In this document: positions 43,585 through 52,559 of the stretch, in pieces
Layout of the letters: each line of letters opens with the position of its first letter
Numbering within the stretch: the first letter of the stretch is position 1
Source of the DNA: Candidatus Poseidoniaceae archaeon
GTDB taxonomy: Archaea; Thermoplasmatota; Poseidoniia; Poseidoniales; Poseidoniaceae
Assembly: GCA_049623485.1 (NCBI GenBank)
Contig: JBMZTB010000003.1
Location: 1 to 54,076 of the forward strand
DNA length: 54,076 nucleotides
Direction: 5' to 3'
The notes under the pieces: model-generated
Seen by the model: only the letters and a program-made list of their open reading frames with translations
Database searches by the model: none
Told to the model about the DNA's origin: nothing
Position numbers and translations under genes: made by a program

Positions 43585-45092
43585 TTCATTCCGAATTCTG
43601 ACAGAATTAGATCTACTGTTGCCTTTGCAGAATTTAAAACGCCTGGTAAACCAGCACCGGGATGGGTTCCTGCTCCTACAAGGTAGAGGCCTGGAATATC
43701 TGGATCTTTGTTGGATGGGCGGAAAAAGGCGCTTTGTGTCAACTTAGGAGCAACCGAAAATGCTGAACCCTTGAATGCCGATAATTCCGTTTCAAATGTC
43801 TTTGGAGTCATGTGTCTTCTCGTTACGATGTGTTGTCGTAAGTTCGGCATTTCAACTTCGAGTGCTTCAATGATCTTGTCCCCGTATGCTTCTGCTTCTT
43901 CTTCCCAATCTACATTTGCCCGTCCAAGATGAGGTACTGGAGCTAAAACGTAGGCTGAGCTGCATCCTTCTGGAGCAAGTGATTTGTCCGTGACTGTTGG
44001 AACGTGCAGATACAAACTGAAATCTTCTGGAAGTTTGTAACCTTTGAAGATTTCATCCAAGAGCCCTTTGTAACGTGGACCGAATAAAATCGTATGATGG
44101 GCGACGTCTTTGTACTCGATGTCAGTCCCAAAATAGAGAACAAAGAGAGACATGGACCAATCCATTTTTTCGAGTTTCTTCGTTCGTTTTTGTGCAGCCT
44201 TATTTGTTGAATACAGTTTCTTGTAGGTATGGTGCACATCAGCATTCGATATGACGATATCAAAGAGTTGGGTATTTCCTTTTTTATCTCCTACTCTATG
44301 TTTTACGCTTTTTCCATTCGTATTTTCGATCTCGATTGATTGAACGGGTGTGCTTAGACGTACTTCGCCGCCTAATTCCTCGAATAAAGTAACGAGTGCT
44401 CGTACGAGTGCGTGAGTACCTCCTTCAGGAAAATGGACCCCCCACTCCCGTTCCAAGAAATGAATGAGGGTGTATATCGAAGAAGTTTGAAATGGATTTC
44501 CACCCACAAGCAGTGAATGAAAACTCAGTGCCTGACGAAGATGATCGTCTTTGACATATTTTGATACTGTTGAATAAACTGAACGTTCCGCTCGTAATTT
44601 CATAAGGGATGGGGACACTTTCAGCATGTCTGAAAATCGTAGAAATGGCGTATCAGCTAATTCAGTGTAGCCCTTATCAAATACTTTCTTTGCATACTTG
44701 AAGAATTTTTGATATCCTTCTGCGTCTTTTTGGCTCCGTTCTGAGATTTGTTTCACCATTGTAGATTCGTCACGAACATAGTCAAATCGATCTCCATCAG
44801 ACCAAATTAATCGATACATTGGACTTACTTCGACTAATTTCACGTAATCCTCGAGATGTTTGTTTGAGAGTTCGAACAAGTCTGTGAGAGTGTGGGGTGC
44901 AGTGATCACTGTCGGTCCAGCATCAAACGTGTATCCTTCGTCATGGTACACATAGGCTCTCCCTCCGGGCAAATCTCGGGCCTCGTAAAGTACCGTTTGA
45001 ATTCCAGCGCTTTGAAGGCGAATTGCTGCACCTAAGCCGCCAAATCCACTCCCGATGACGGCTGCATTTTTTGGAGGGGATGGCTTGGCCAT
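43581..45092 (-). CDS. crtI: Phytoene desaturase (bacterial CrtI type)
   Basis: 'AAVIGSGFGGLGAAIRL' and the C-terminal signature 'LYLVGAGTHPGAGLPGVLNSA'. Confidence 0.92.
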   Translation of the reverse strand: MAKPSPPKNAAVIGSGFGGLGAAIRLQSAGIQTVLYEARDLPGGRAYVYHDEGYTFDAGPTVITAPHTLTDLFELSNKHLEDYVKLVEVSPMYRLIWSDGDRFDYVRDESTMVKQISERSQKDAEGYQKFFKYAKKVFDKGYTELADTPFLRFSDMLKVSPSLMKLRAERSVYSTVSKYVKDDHLRQALSFHSLLVGGNPFQTSSIYTLIHFLEREWGVHFPEGGTHALVRALVTLFEELGGEVRLSTPVQSIEIENTNGKSVKHRVGDKKGNTQLFDIVISNADVHHTYKKLYSTNKAAQKRTKKLEKMDWSMSLFVLYFGTDIEYKDVAHHTILFGPRYKGLLDEIFKGYKLPEDFSLYLHVPTVTDKSLAPEGCSSAYVLAPVPHLGRANVDWEEEAEAYGDKIIEALEVEMPNLRQHIVTRRHMTPKTFETELSAFKGSAFSVAPKLTQSAFFRPSNKDPDIPGLYLVGAGTHPGAGLPGVLNSAKATVDLILSEFGMN

Positions 45093-45215
45093 ATCTTTCT
45101 CTAGGAGTTTTCATTCATAATGTTCGGTTTTTTTCCAAATTCATAACCAAATAGAATCTAAACAATTAGTTATAAGTAAATTCTTAGATTTTTTTATTAT
45201 CACAGAGGTGAAAAT
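45093..45215. promoter_or_regulatory. AT-rich divergent promoter region between crtI and crtB-crtY-blh
   Basis: This 123-bp spacer holds several TATA-like runs ('TTATAAGTAAA', 'TTTTTTTATTATC'). The 8-mer ATTCATAA occurs twice (45113-45120 and 45139-45146). GGTGA precedes the crtB TTG start. Confidence 0.35.
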
Positions 45216-46133
45216 TTGTCGAATGAAAGCCTAAGTCCTGAAGAATCACTTGCTGCAAATGGTGAGAGTTTTTATTGGGCTAAGAAATTCCTTGGAAAAG
45301 GAGTAGGGAAGGACTCCGCACATTTGTATGCATTTTGCAGATTGCTCGATGATATGGCAGATGGAGATATTGAAAATGGACCGGAGAGGCTCGTTGCAAT
45401 TCAAGAGAAATTACAGAGTGGAGAAGGTCCTACAGACACTGCTTTAACTGCATTCTTACCACTCCTAAACAAGAAAAACTTTCCGAAAACAGTTGTTCTT
45501 GCATTGATAGAAGGATTGTTGGAAGACCAAAATGAATCTGTTGAGTTGCCGAATGTCGATTCTTTGATGAGATATGCTTACAAAGTTGCAGGAACGGTTG
45601 GCCTGCTCATGTGCCACGTACTCGATTGTTCAGACCCTCGTGCTCGATCACACGCTATTGACTTAGGTATTGGGATGCAACTCACAAACATTGCAAGGGA
45701 TGTACTGGAGGATGCCAAGATGAATCGTAGATACATACCTGGTGAATGGGTAAATGATATGAGTCCTCGTGAAATAATTGAAGCTTCTAAAAACCCTTCT
45801 TCCGAAGATTATCTTGCAGTGCAGATGTCTGTAAAAAAATTGTTAGAATTGGCTGAAGTGTTTTATGCGAGTGGTGTGAAAGGGCTGTCTTACCTTCCTT
45901 TACGCGCTCATATTGCAATCTCAATTGCTGGTCGTGTTTATCGGCAGATTGGTATGGAGATTGTAAAAGATCGATACCGATGGGAAAATGGAAAATTTAC
46001 AGTTTCTAAACCGATGAAAATTTTATGTTCCATTCGAGCCACTTCGACCCTCATTCGGAGAATCTCATTCCGAAGAGTAAAGCATAACACAAACCTGCAT
46101 GCGTCGCTAAATGGACTGCCATACGTGGGGTGA
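45216..46133 (+). CDS. crtB: Phytoene synthase
   Basis: 'YAFCRLLDDMADG' (first Asp-rich motif), 'YKVAGTVGLLM' and 'GMQLTNIARDVLEDA'. TTG start. Confidence 0.9.
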   Translation: MSNESLSPEESLAANGESFYWAKKFLGKGVGKDSAHLYAFCRLLDDMADGDIENGPERLVAIQEKLQSGEGPTDTALTAFLPLLNKKNFPKTVVLALIEGLLEDQNESVELPNVDSLMRYAYKVAGTVGLLMCHVLDCSDPRARSHAIDLGIGMQLTNIARDVLEDAKMNRRYIPGEWVNDMSPREIIEASKNPSSEDYLAVQMSVKKLLELAEVFYASGVKGLSYLPLRAHIAISIAGRVYRQIGMEIVKDRYRWENGKFTVSKPMKILCSIRATSTLIRRISFRRVKHNTNLHASLNGLPYVG

Positions 46134-47205
46134 CTTAATTTTGAAAGATATTTCAATAATAGGCGACGGTTGTGCTGCTATGTCTTTTGCCTCTAAAATG
46201 GGGTCGCTACCTCATCATTCCTTAACAATCCAAATACCAAAGAATGCACCCGAAAAGAAAGATCATTGTTGGGGTTTTTGGAGCCATCCTGTTGTTGAAG
46301 AGGCTGTTGAATTATCGAAATACTCTTGGGAAAAATGGAGTATAATTACTGAAAAGGAAACTATTGTTCTAGAGTCTGTTGAAAAACCATATCACGTTCT
46401 TAAGAGAAAAGATTGGATCGATTATTGTCAGTCGATTGCTCAAAAACATGAAGTTTCTTTTGTCCCGCAGGATTCTATTGAAAAAAATCCGAAACATCTC
46501 TTTGATACTCGTCCTCCGAGTGTACCAAAAAATGCTATGCTGCAACATTTCCTAGGTCAAACGATTCGTGTTGAGAAAGGGTGCTTCGATCCTACGACGG
46601 TGACGTTGATGGATTTCCGTGTTGATCAATCAAATGGAATGCATTTCATCTACCTCATTCCATTTTCTGATACTGAGGCGTTGGTTGAGTCAACATTATT
46701 TAGCACTGAAAAACTCAGTGAATCATTTTACAGAGAGGCTATCGAGGCTTATGTTAGAGAAGTTTACGATGTTTCTAAGTTCGAAATTATCGAAGAAGAA
46801 TCTGGAGTTATTCCAATGGGTGAACTATCACGGCACGATCCTTCAATACCTGGTTTAGGAGGTAATGGGGGAGCAATCCGCCCTGGGAGTGGATATGCAT
46901 TCATTTTTATTCAAAAGCAAATCCTAGAAGCGATTCAAAGAGTTGAGCAAAACAAACCGCTTCGGTTTAAATCGCCACATAAGAAAATAGATTTATGGAT
47001 GGATGGAATTTTACTTCTGATTTTAAGACATTGGCCGAGTCATGCTCCTATTATTTTCTCACGTATGGGGAAGCGATTGAACGGCGATCAATTTGCTCGT
47101 TTTTTGAGCGGGGATGTCGATTGGAAGTTGAGATTGAAAGTCATATTTTCGATGCCTAAACTAATTTTTGCTAGAGGGTTTGTGAAGTGGGCAATAAAAA
47201 TATGA
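46111..47205 (+). CDS. crtY: Lycopene beta-cyclase (CrtY type)
   Basis: 'ISIIGDGCAAMSFA' dinucleotide fold, 'FLGQ', 'MHFIYLIPFSDTEALVESTLFS' and 'GGNGGAIRPGSGYAF'. An alternative TTG start at 46141 lies just after the crtB stop. Confidence 0.85.
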   Translation: MDCHTWGDLILKDISIIGDGCAAMSFASKMGSLPHHSLTIQIPKNAPEKKDHCWGFWSHPVVEEAVELSKYSWEKWSIITEKETIVLESVEKPYHVLKRKDWIDYCQSIAQKHEVSFVPQDSIEKNPKHLFDTRPPSVPKNAMLQHFLGQTIRVEKGCFDPTTVTLMDFRVDQSNGMHFIYLIPFSDTEALVESTLFSTEKLSESFYREAIEAYVREVYDVSKFEIIEEESGVIPMGELSRHDPSIPGLGGNGGAIRPGSGYAFIFIQKQILEAIQRVEQNKPLRFKSPHKKIDLWMDGILLLILRHWPSHAPIIFSRMGKRLNGDQFARFLSGDVDWKLRLKVIFSMPKLIFARGFVKWAIKI

Positions 47206-47214
47206 GGGGAGAAT

Positions 47215-48060
47215 ATGAATCTCATGGGAATAGTGGATGACCTGGGTTTTCTCAACGTCATTGCAATCTCTGCAATTGTTTTCATCGGCTTACCTCATGG
47301 AGCAATGGATGGCGCTGTTGCATATCGATTAGGGTGGATGAAGAATTTAAAAAAATCCAGTTTATTTCTACTCGCCTATGTTTTAATTTCTTTGTTGGTT
47401 GTGCTTTTTTGGATAACGTTCCCAGTCATAGCCTTGATTGGATTTCTTGGGATAAGTATGATTCATTTTGGTATTGGTGATGTTGGGGTAAACGTAGATT
47501 CCCGGGCGTGGATTGAAGTTATTGCTCATGGCGGCGTAGTTATTTGTGGAATTAGTATGTCCCACATGGCAAGTGTTGATGAAATATATTCTGCGTTGAT
47601 TGGTGGGAAAAATACCTCATGGATTTGGGGATTTGTTTACGTCACATCGGTTGCAACTGTTGGTGCACTTCTCTATTGTGTCGCACGGTTCAATGTTAAC
47701 GAAGAAAGGAGAAAAACTGTTTTTGAGCTTCTTTCCCTGGGAATCATATTTTATGTTCTCCCTCCATTGCTAGCATTTGCATTTTACTTCTGTTTTGTAC
47801 ATTCAATACGTCATTTCAAAAGCATTTATGCGAGTTTAAGTGATGGAATCTCAAATAAAAATATTTACTGGTTGACATTCTTATTCTCAATTATCACGTG
47901 GAGTATTGGTGGTTTGTTATTCGTTCTAAATCAAGGATCAATCGAAATTGAAACTTCATTACTTAGAATTGTTTTTATTGGTCTTGCATCCTTAACAGTC
48001 CCACATATGATTCTCATCGATGGTTGGGTAAAATCAGAGCGTTCATATTCTCAGATGTAA
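47215..48060 (+). CDS. blh: Beta-carotene 15,15'-dioxygenase, Brp/Blh family (retinal-forming)
   Basis: Multi-TM protein with the four conserved His contexts 'GLPHGAMD', 'SMIHFGIGD', 'FVHSIRHF' and 'TVPHMIL'. Confidence 0.88.
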   Translation: MNLMGIVDDLGFLNVIAISAIVFIGLPHGAMDGAVAYRLGWMKNLKKSSLFLLAYVLISLLVVLFWITFPVIALIGFLGISMIHFGIGDVGVNVDSRAWIEVIAHGGVVICGISMSHMASVDEIYSALIGGKNTSWIWGFVYVTSVATVGALLYCVARFNVNEERRKTVFELLSLGIIFYVLPPLLAFAFYFCFVHSIRHFKSIYASLSDGISNKNIYWLTFLFSIITWSIGGLLFVLNQGSIEIETSLLRIVFIGLASLTVPHMILIDGWVKSERSYSQM

Positions 48061-48067
48061 CACATCT

Positions 48068-48886
48068 CTAGGGCATACCGCTCTTGAAAAGTGTTTGATT
48101 ACCAACGGTATAGTCGTCAATTAAAGCGGAGTTATTTAGTAAAAAATCTCGGAATAGGGTTGTTTCGGAAATTTTCTCATTCTGCAATAACAAAACAGAA
48201 TAAGGATTAACTAATTCTGAAGATTCGAATTCTTGAATGCCTATCTCAATATTATCCAAACGAAATAAAGCGGTTCCTTTGTCAGATAGAGTCCAACACT
48301 CCAGTTCGTTGGCGATAGTAATCGCAGCACCCATACCTTGTCCAATTGATTGATAACCTTCCCAATCTGGATGGAATCCTAATTCGTTATCGAGGAATGT
48401 AAAATCATTGATCTCTGCTACACTTTTCCAGACATCTTGTTCTTTGATATGTGTCCCTGATGAATCCCCTCTCGAGATAAAACATTTATTTTCAGACACA
48501 AGGGAAGACATTGCTTCTGTTAAATTCCCACTTAGCTGACTTGGTCCGACAAGAACAAACCTATTCCAAGCAAAAGTGGTTCTGTTTATGCCATAACCTT
48601 CCTCGATGAATTTGATTTCATTCGCCGGAGAATGAGAAATGAGTATATCGACATCGTTTGCTTTTGCAAGGTTCATGGCTGCACCTGATCCGACTGCAAT
48701 AACATCAACCTTAATTCCAGTTTCTTCAGTGAATATTGGTAATAACTCTGCTAAGAGGCCGGAATCTCTCATTGAAGTTGTTGTAGCCAATCGAATTGTT
48801 TGATCTGGAACTTCTTCCGAAGTGCCTAAACAACCTTGCAAGCAAGGTAATATGAAAATGAAGAGAAGGAAAATGACTCGTTTCAT
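48068..48886 (-). CDS. tupA: Tungstate/oxyanion ABC transporter substrate-binding protein, TupA-like, putative lipoprotein
   Basis: 'IRLATTTSMRDSGLLAELLPIFTEETGIKVDVIAVGSGAAM' carries the TupA-type TTTS motif. The signal peptide ends in a lipobox-like 'LQGCLG'. Start set at the ATG at 48886 (MKRVIFLL). Confidence 0.8.
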   Translation of the reverse strand: MKRVIFLLFIFILPCLQGCLGTSEEVPDQTIRLATTTSMRDSGLLAELLPIFTEETGIKVDVIAVGSGAAMNLAKANDVDILISHSPANEIKFIEEGYGINRTTFAWNRFVLVGPSQLSGNLTEAMSSLVSENKCFISRGDSSGTHIKEQDVWKSVAEINDFTFLDNELGFHPDWEGYQSIGQGMGAAITIANELECWTLSDKGTALFRLDNIEIGIQEFESSELVNPYSVLLLQNEKISETTLFRDFLLNNSALIDDYTVGNQTLFKSGMP

Positions 48887-48887
48887 C

Positions 48888-49235
48888 TTAATCAAAAGAC
48901 ATAACATTTCCACATTCTGGATATGTGCAGGTGACTGAGTAACGTGCTCGTGTTGGTTTCCGTATTTTCAACATAGATCCACACATATCGCATTGAATTG
49001 AAAGTGTTTCTGGTTCGGCCTTTTTAGGAGCGTCCCCCAACGTTCGACCAACATCTGTTGACCAGCCAAGACTGTCTGTATAGGTGTCGGCCTTCTTGAT
49101 TTTACTTTGACGAAGACTGAGTCGCAACTTTCGTTTCCTTCGTGGTCGCTTCTTCCCGCCTGGTGCTTTTGCCGCCATGAGTATCAACAGTCCCTTTAGG
49201 TTGATATATTCAACCTCTTCGGCTGAATGAATCAT
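48888..49235 (-). CDS. Small basic zinc-ribbon protein, hypothetical
   Basis: C-terminal 'CDMCGSML...VTCTYPECGNVM' (CxxC ... CxxxxC) and a Lys/Arg-rich segment 'GGKKRPRRKRKLRLSLRQSKIKK'. The ATG at 49235 forms an ATGA overlap with the upstream beta-CASP stop; an alternative ATG lies at 49178. Confidence 0.5.
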   Translation of the reverse strand: MIHSAEEVEYINLKGLLILMAAKAPGGKKRPRRKRKLRLSLRQSKIKKADTYTDSLGWSTDVGRTLGDAPKKAEPETLSIQCDMCGSMLKIRKPTRARYSVTCTYPECGNVMSFD

Positions 49236-50602
49236 TCAAGTATTCCTGAAATACCATTATCTGGAACATGTACATTGTGTCCGTTTTCTTCTAACGCCTT
49301 CGCAAGTGGAGGTCTTGCCATGTTTGGATCTGAATGGTAAATCACGACATCTTCTGCTTCACAATCTTTAGCGAACTGAACAATTTCACTATGACCTGCA
49401 TGAGTCGAAAAAGAATATTGGTCAATCTCAAGATCGATCGATGTTAAATTACCAAAGATTGGAATTCTGTTTTCTTCAAGCAATCGCCGCCCACCTGTAT
49501 TCCGGGCCTGGTAACCTGTTAACAGTAGGGCATTTTTCGGATCGTGACGTAGTCGATTTAGATACCAAATTGATGGTCCTCCATCAAGCATTCCTGAGGT
49601 CGAAACGATGACGTCGGCTGCAAGAGCTTTTTTCCTGTCCGATTTACTTGACACCCGTCTACACCAACTCCACGCATCTTCGAGAGCTTTTGGATCTCGT
49701 AGAGTATCGGGGTGTTCCATCTGTAATTTTGCAACGCGTTTACCCATTCCATCCACATGAACATTGAGATGGGGGAGGTGTTTGTGGAGCAGCATGACAA
49801 CATCTTGTGTTCGTCCATTAGCAAACGCAGGAACAAGTGCAGTCCCTCCTCTTTGAACAACCTCTGCCACTCGCTCGATAAAACGAAGATTCTCAACTTC
49901 TTTTGAAGGATGGTCTCGACCACCATATGTTCCTTCTACAAACAATACGTCTGTTTTGACCGGTTTTGCACCATGAACGAGTTGTGAGTCACGGGTATCG
50001 AAATCTCCAGAAAAGAGAACTTTCTTCGTCCCAGTATCCACATGTAGCATTGCTGCACCTGGTATATGTCCTGCTCGATGAAGTTCTAATTTCCAATCGT
50101 TTTGTTCCCAAGGACTGTTGAATTTATGAGTGTTCCAAGCTGATAATGCAATGTCAATATCTCGCTTATCCCAAGGGAGAGGGTATCGTTCAATCGAGGA
50201 GACTTTGTGACAGTCATACCACATCATTTCCGAGATTGCAGCGGTTAATTCAGTTGCATGTAGCTTTGTGTTATGATTTGATGCTAACCAAGGGACCATT
50301 CCTAAGTGATCTATGTGTGAATGTGTGATTATTGCATCTGAAACATACGGTGCCTCATCTGGATACCTTGGAGGTTTCGTTGGAGCAAGACCATAATCGA
50401 GTAACAAACGATTTGCTGAAGGATCTTCAAGGACAATTCCTACATTACCAACTTCATTTCCACCTCCAAGATAATGATATCTCAATCCTTTATCTGGAGG
50501 AGATGATGGATAAGTAGTTGTACGCCCAGGTGCATAAACGACCATGTTTAGACGATTCGTTGGCAACAGAAGAACTTGTGGGTCACACCCCTCTGTTTCC
50601 AT
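49232..50602 (-). CDS. MBL / beta-CASP family nuclease (aCPSF2-like, no KH domains)
   Basis: 'AIITHSHIDHLG' (HxHxDH), 'HRAGHIPGAAM', 'LFSGDF', 'VEGTYGG' and 'SFSTHAGHSE' form the beta-CASP motif series. Confidence 0.8.
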   Translation of the reverse strand: METEGCDPQVLLLPTNRLNMVVYAPGRTTTYPSSPPDKGLRYHYLGGGNEVGNVGIVLEDPSANRLLLDYGLAPTKPPRYPDEAPYVSDAIITHSHIDHLGMVPWLASNHNTKLHATELTAAISEMMWYDCHKVSSIERYPLPWDKRDIDIALSAWNTHKFNSPWEQNDWKLELHRAGHIPGAAMLHVDTGTKKVLFSGDFDTRDSQLVHGAKPVKTDVLFVEGTYGGRDHPSKEVENLRFIERVAEVVQRGGTALVPAFANGRTQDVVMLLHKHLPHLNVHVDGMGKRVAKLQMEHPDTLRDPKALEDAWSWCRRVSSKSDRKKALAADVIVSTSGMLDGGPSIWYLNRLRHDPKNALLLTGYQARNTGGRRLLEENRIPIFGNLTSIDLEIDQYSFSTHAGHSEIVQFAKDCEAEDVVIYHSDPNMARPPLAKALEENGHNVHVPDNGISGILE

Positions 50603-50868
50603 TGGAGCAATTAGTTGCTATCAATCAATGACTTCTCATGACTTTTTTACAATAATAATATACACTTTACGCGACAATCTTCAGATGGATTTTGTTGTTT
50701 TAGGTATTTATTTCTGTTTTGTTGTTTCTTCGAGATCGTATATTCTATTCCAGTGGAAACAGAGGGGTGTGTAGATACTCTTCTTTTTTACATTGAGAAA
50801 ACACTCTTTTTCTTTCTTTTGGAATTACAATTCATCAGTAAATCTGTTTCAATCAACGAAGAACAAAT

Positions 50869-51081
50869 ATGATGATGTCCACTGGAACAAACATGGCACA
50901 ACTCGAATTCGTCGTCGATGATGATCGATGTTACGGTTGTGGTGCCTGTATCGGACTTTGCCCAACAAATGCTCTTTCTATGAAAGAACTCCTTGCTATT
51001 GTCGAACAGGAATTATGCACATACTGCGATCACTGTATACCTTCATGTCCTGTAGACGCATTAGAAATTCTCGGTAGGTGA
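50869..51081 (+). CDS. 2x[4Fe-4S] ferredoxin (70 aa)
   Basis: 'CYGCGACIGLCP' and 'CTYCDHCIPSCP'. Confidence 0.85.
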   Translation: MMMSTGTNMAQLEFVVDDDRCYGCGACIGLCPTNALSMKELLAIVEQELCTYCDHCIPSCPVDALEILGR

Positions 51082-51785
51082 TTACAATTCGAGTTCTCAT
51101 TGTAGGGGCTGGTCTAGTTGCATATGGTTGTGCATATTCAGCTTTGGAAGAAGGATGCACAGTGTTCATTGCAGATCATAGTACTGAGTTTGGGTTGCCT
51201 AATGTATGGCCGAGTCTCATTAAGAATAAAGAAAACATTCCTCTCAATTTTGAAACTGAGCGAGGTTTTGAGGGAAATGAAGCAGGGTATAGACATGAAT
51301 GGATTATGAAATCTATGAATATTCAACTTGCTAAGAAGGGCGTTAGTCTTCTAAATAAGGCAAGAATTGTATTTTCAAAAAAATCCCTTGACGGATTTAA
51401 TGTTCAACTGAAAGGAGCAAGTCAAATAGAGGGAGACCGAGTATTCGATGTGGTTGTTGATACAACAAAAGACACCTGGATTCCTTGGGCTAAGCAACAT
51501 AATCTATCGGATGTAAGCATTCGTTATGATGTACAATGTGGATTAGCAACAGGTTTCCTTCATCTTGATACAGAAGCAGATTATTTTTCTAATACACAAT
51601 TACAACTTGAGCGGTATGATGGTCTGATAGAATCTTGGTATACTGGAGAGAAAGAATCTTCAAATACAAAAATTCTAGAAATTATGCCCACAAATCTTCC
51701 AATTGATCAGGATATGTGGTCGTGTGATCAACGATTCTTGAACGGAATGAATTTGTGGGAAGAACTGAAGGAGATGAACAAATGA
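51078..51785 (+). CDS. Short Rossmann-fold (FAD/NAD-binding-like) protein, hypothetical
   Basis: N-terminal 'IRVLIVGAGLVAYGCAYSALEEGCTVFIADH' (GxGxxA/G followed by an acidic residue at the strand end); the rest is unassigned. The GTG start overlaps the ferredoxin stop (GTGA). Confidence 0.5.
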   Translation: MITIRVLIVGAGLVAYGCAYSALEEGCTVFIADHSTEFGLPNVWPSLIKNKENIPLNFETERGFEGNEAGYRHEWIMKSMNIQLAKKGVSLLNKARIVFSKKSLDGFNVQLKGASQIEGDRVFDVVVDTTKDTWIPWAKQHNLSDVSIRYDVQCGLATGFLHLDTEADYFSNTQLQLERYDGLIESWYTGEKESSNTKILEIMPTNLPIDQDMWSCDQRFLNGMNLWEELKEMNK

Positions 51786-52507
51786 AAACAGAACGGCTTT
51801 ATCTTTCTTCAATAGAAGCTGCTTATGAAAAAGAATTTACTGCTACTGTAACGAAAGTTGAGGGTGCTAAAATTGCTTTGGATCAAACACTATTCTACCC
51901 TCTTGGTGGAGGACAAAATTGGGATTTGGGTACTTTAGATGGTCCAAACGGTCAATTAAACGTTACAGAAGTGCGTGGTAGAGATATTATCGAACATACA
52001 GTCGAAGACGTGTTTGGATTAGAAGTAGGTGATGAAGTAACGGGAGAGATTGATTTTGAACGTCGCTATGCGCACATGAAAATGCACACTGCACAACATC
52101 TTGTAAGCGGTATTGCATACGAAATCTTCGATGGAGTTCGTACTGTTGGGAATCAAATCCACACAGATCGTTCCAGGATTGATTTTCATCCAATCCAGTT
52201 CACAGAAGAGATGTTATTGCAATTACAATCAGAGGTGAATGATAAAATCCAGGAAGGGTTAGAGGTTACAGATTCACAAATGACACGAAATGAAATCAAC
52301 GCTATCATGCCTCAAGAACGTACGAATATGGATCTATTGCCTGCATTTATCAACGATTTAAGGGTGATCACTATAGGAGAACGAGAGGATATGTGTCCTT
52401 GTGCTGGAACACATGTTCGAAACATCTCTGAGATTGGCCAACTTGAGTTTACAGGTAAAAAATCAAAAGGAAAGGGAAAGCAAAGAGTTTCGTATATTCT
52501 TAACTGA
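51782..52507 (+). CDS. alaX: Alanyl-tRNA editing protein AlaX (AlaX-M type)
   Basis: Zn-binding 'HTAQHL' and 'CPCAGTHV'. At ~240 aa it is AlaX-M-sized. The ATG overlaps the upstream stop (ATGA). Confidence 0.85.
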   Translation: MKTERLYLSSIEAAYEKEFTATVTKVEGAKIALDQTLFYPLGGGQNWDLGTLDGPNGQLNVTEVRGRDIIEHTVEDVFGLEVGDEVTGEIDFERRYAHMKMHTAQHLVSGIAYEIFDGVRTVGNQIHTDRSRIDFHPIQFTEEMLLQLQSEVNDKIQEGLEVTDSQMTRNEINAIMPQERTNMDLLPAFINDLRVITIGEREDMCPCAGTHVRNISEIGQLEFTGKKSKGKGKQRVSYILN

Positions 52508-52559
52508 TTTATTTACATATAAATAATATTTTAATTATTATTTGAATAATGAATATATA

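Noticed and set aside
50685-50774. 29-aa hydrophobic mini-ORF (MDFVVLGIYFCFVVSSRSYILFQWKQRGV) in the long spacer
   Set aside because: There is no ribosome-binding site or promoter spacing that I could support. T-rich DNA readily yields Phe/Val/Leu-rich pseudo-peptides. I kept it only as part of the spacer finding.
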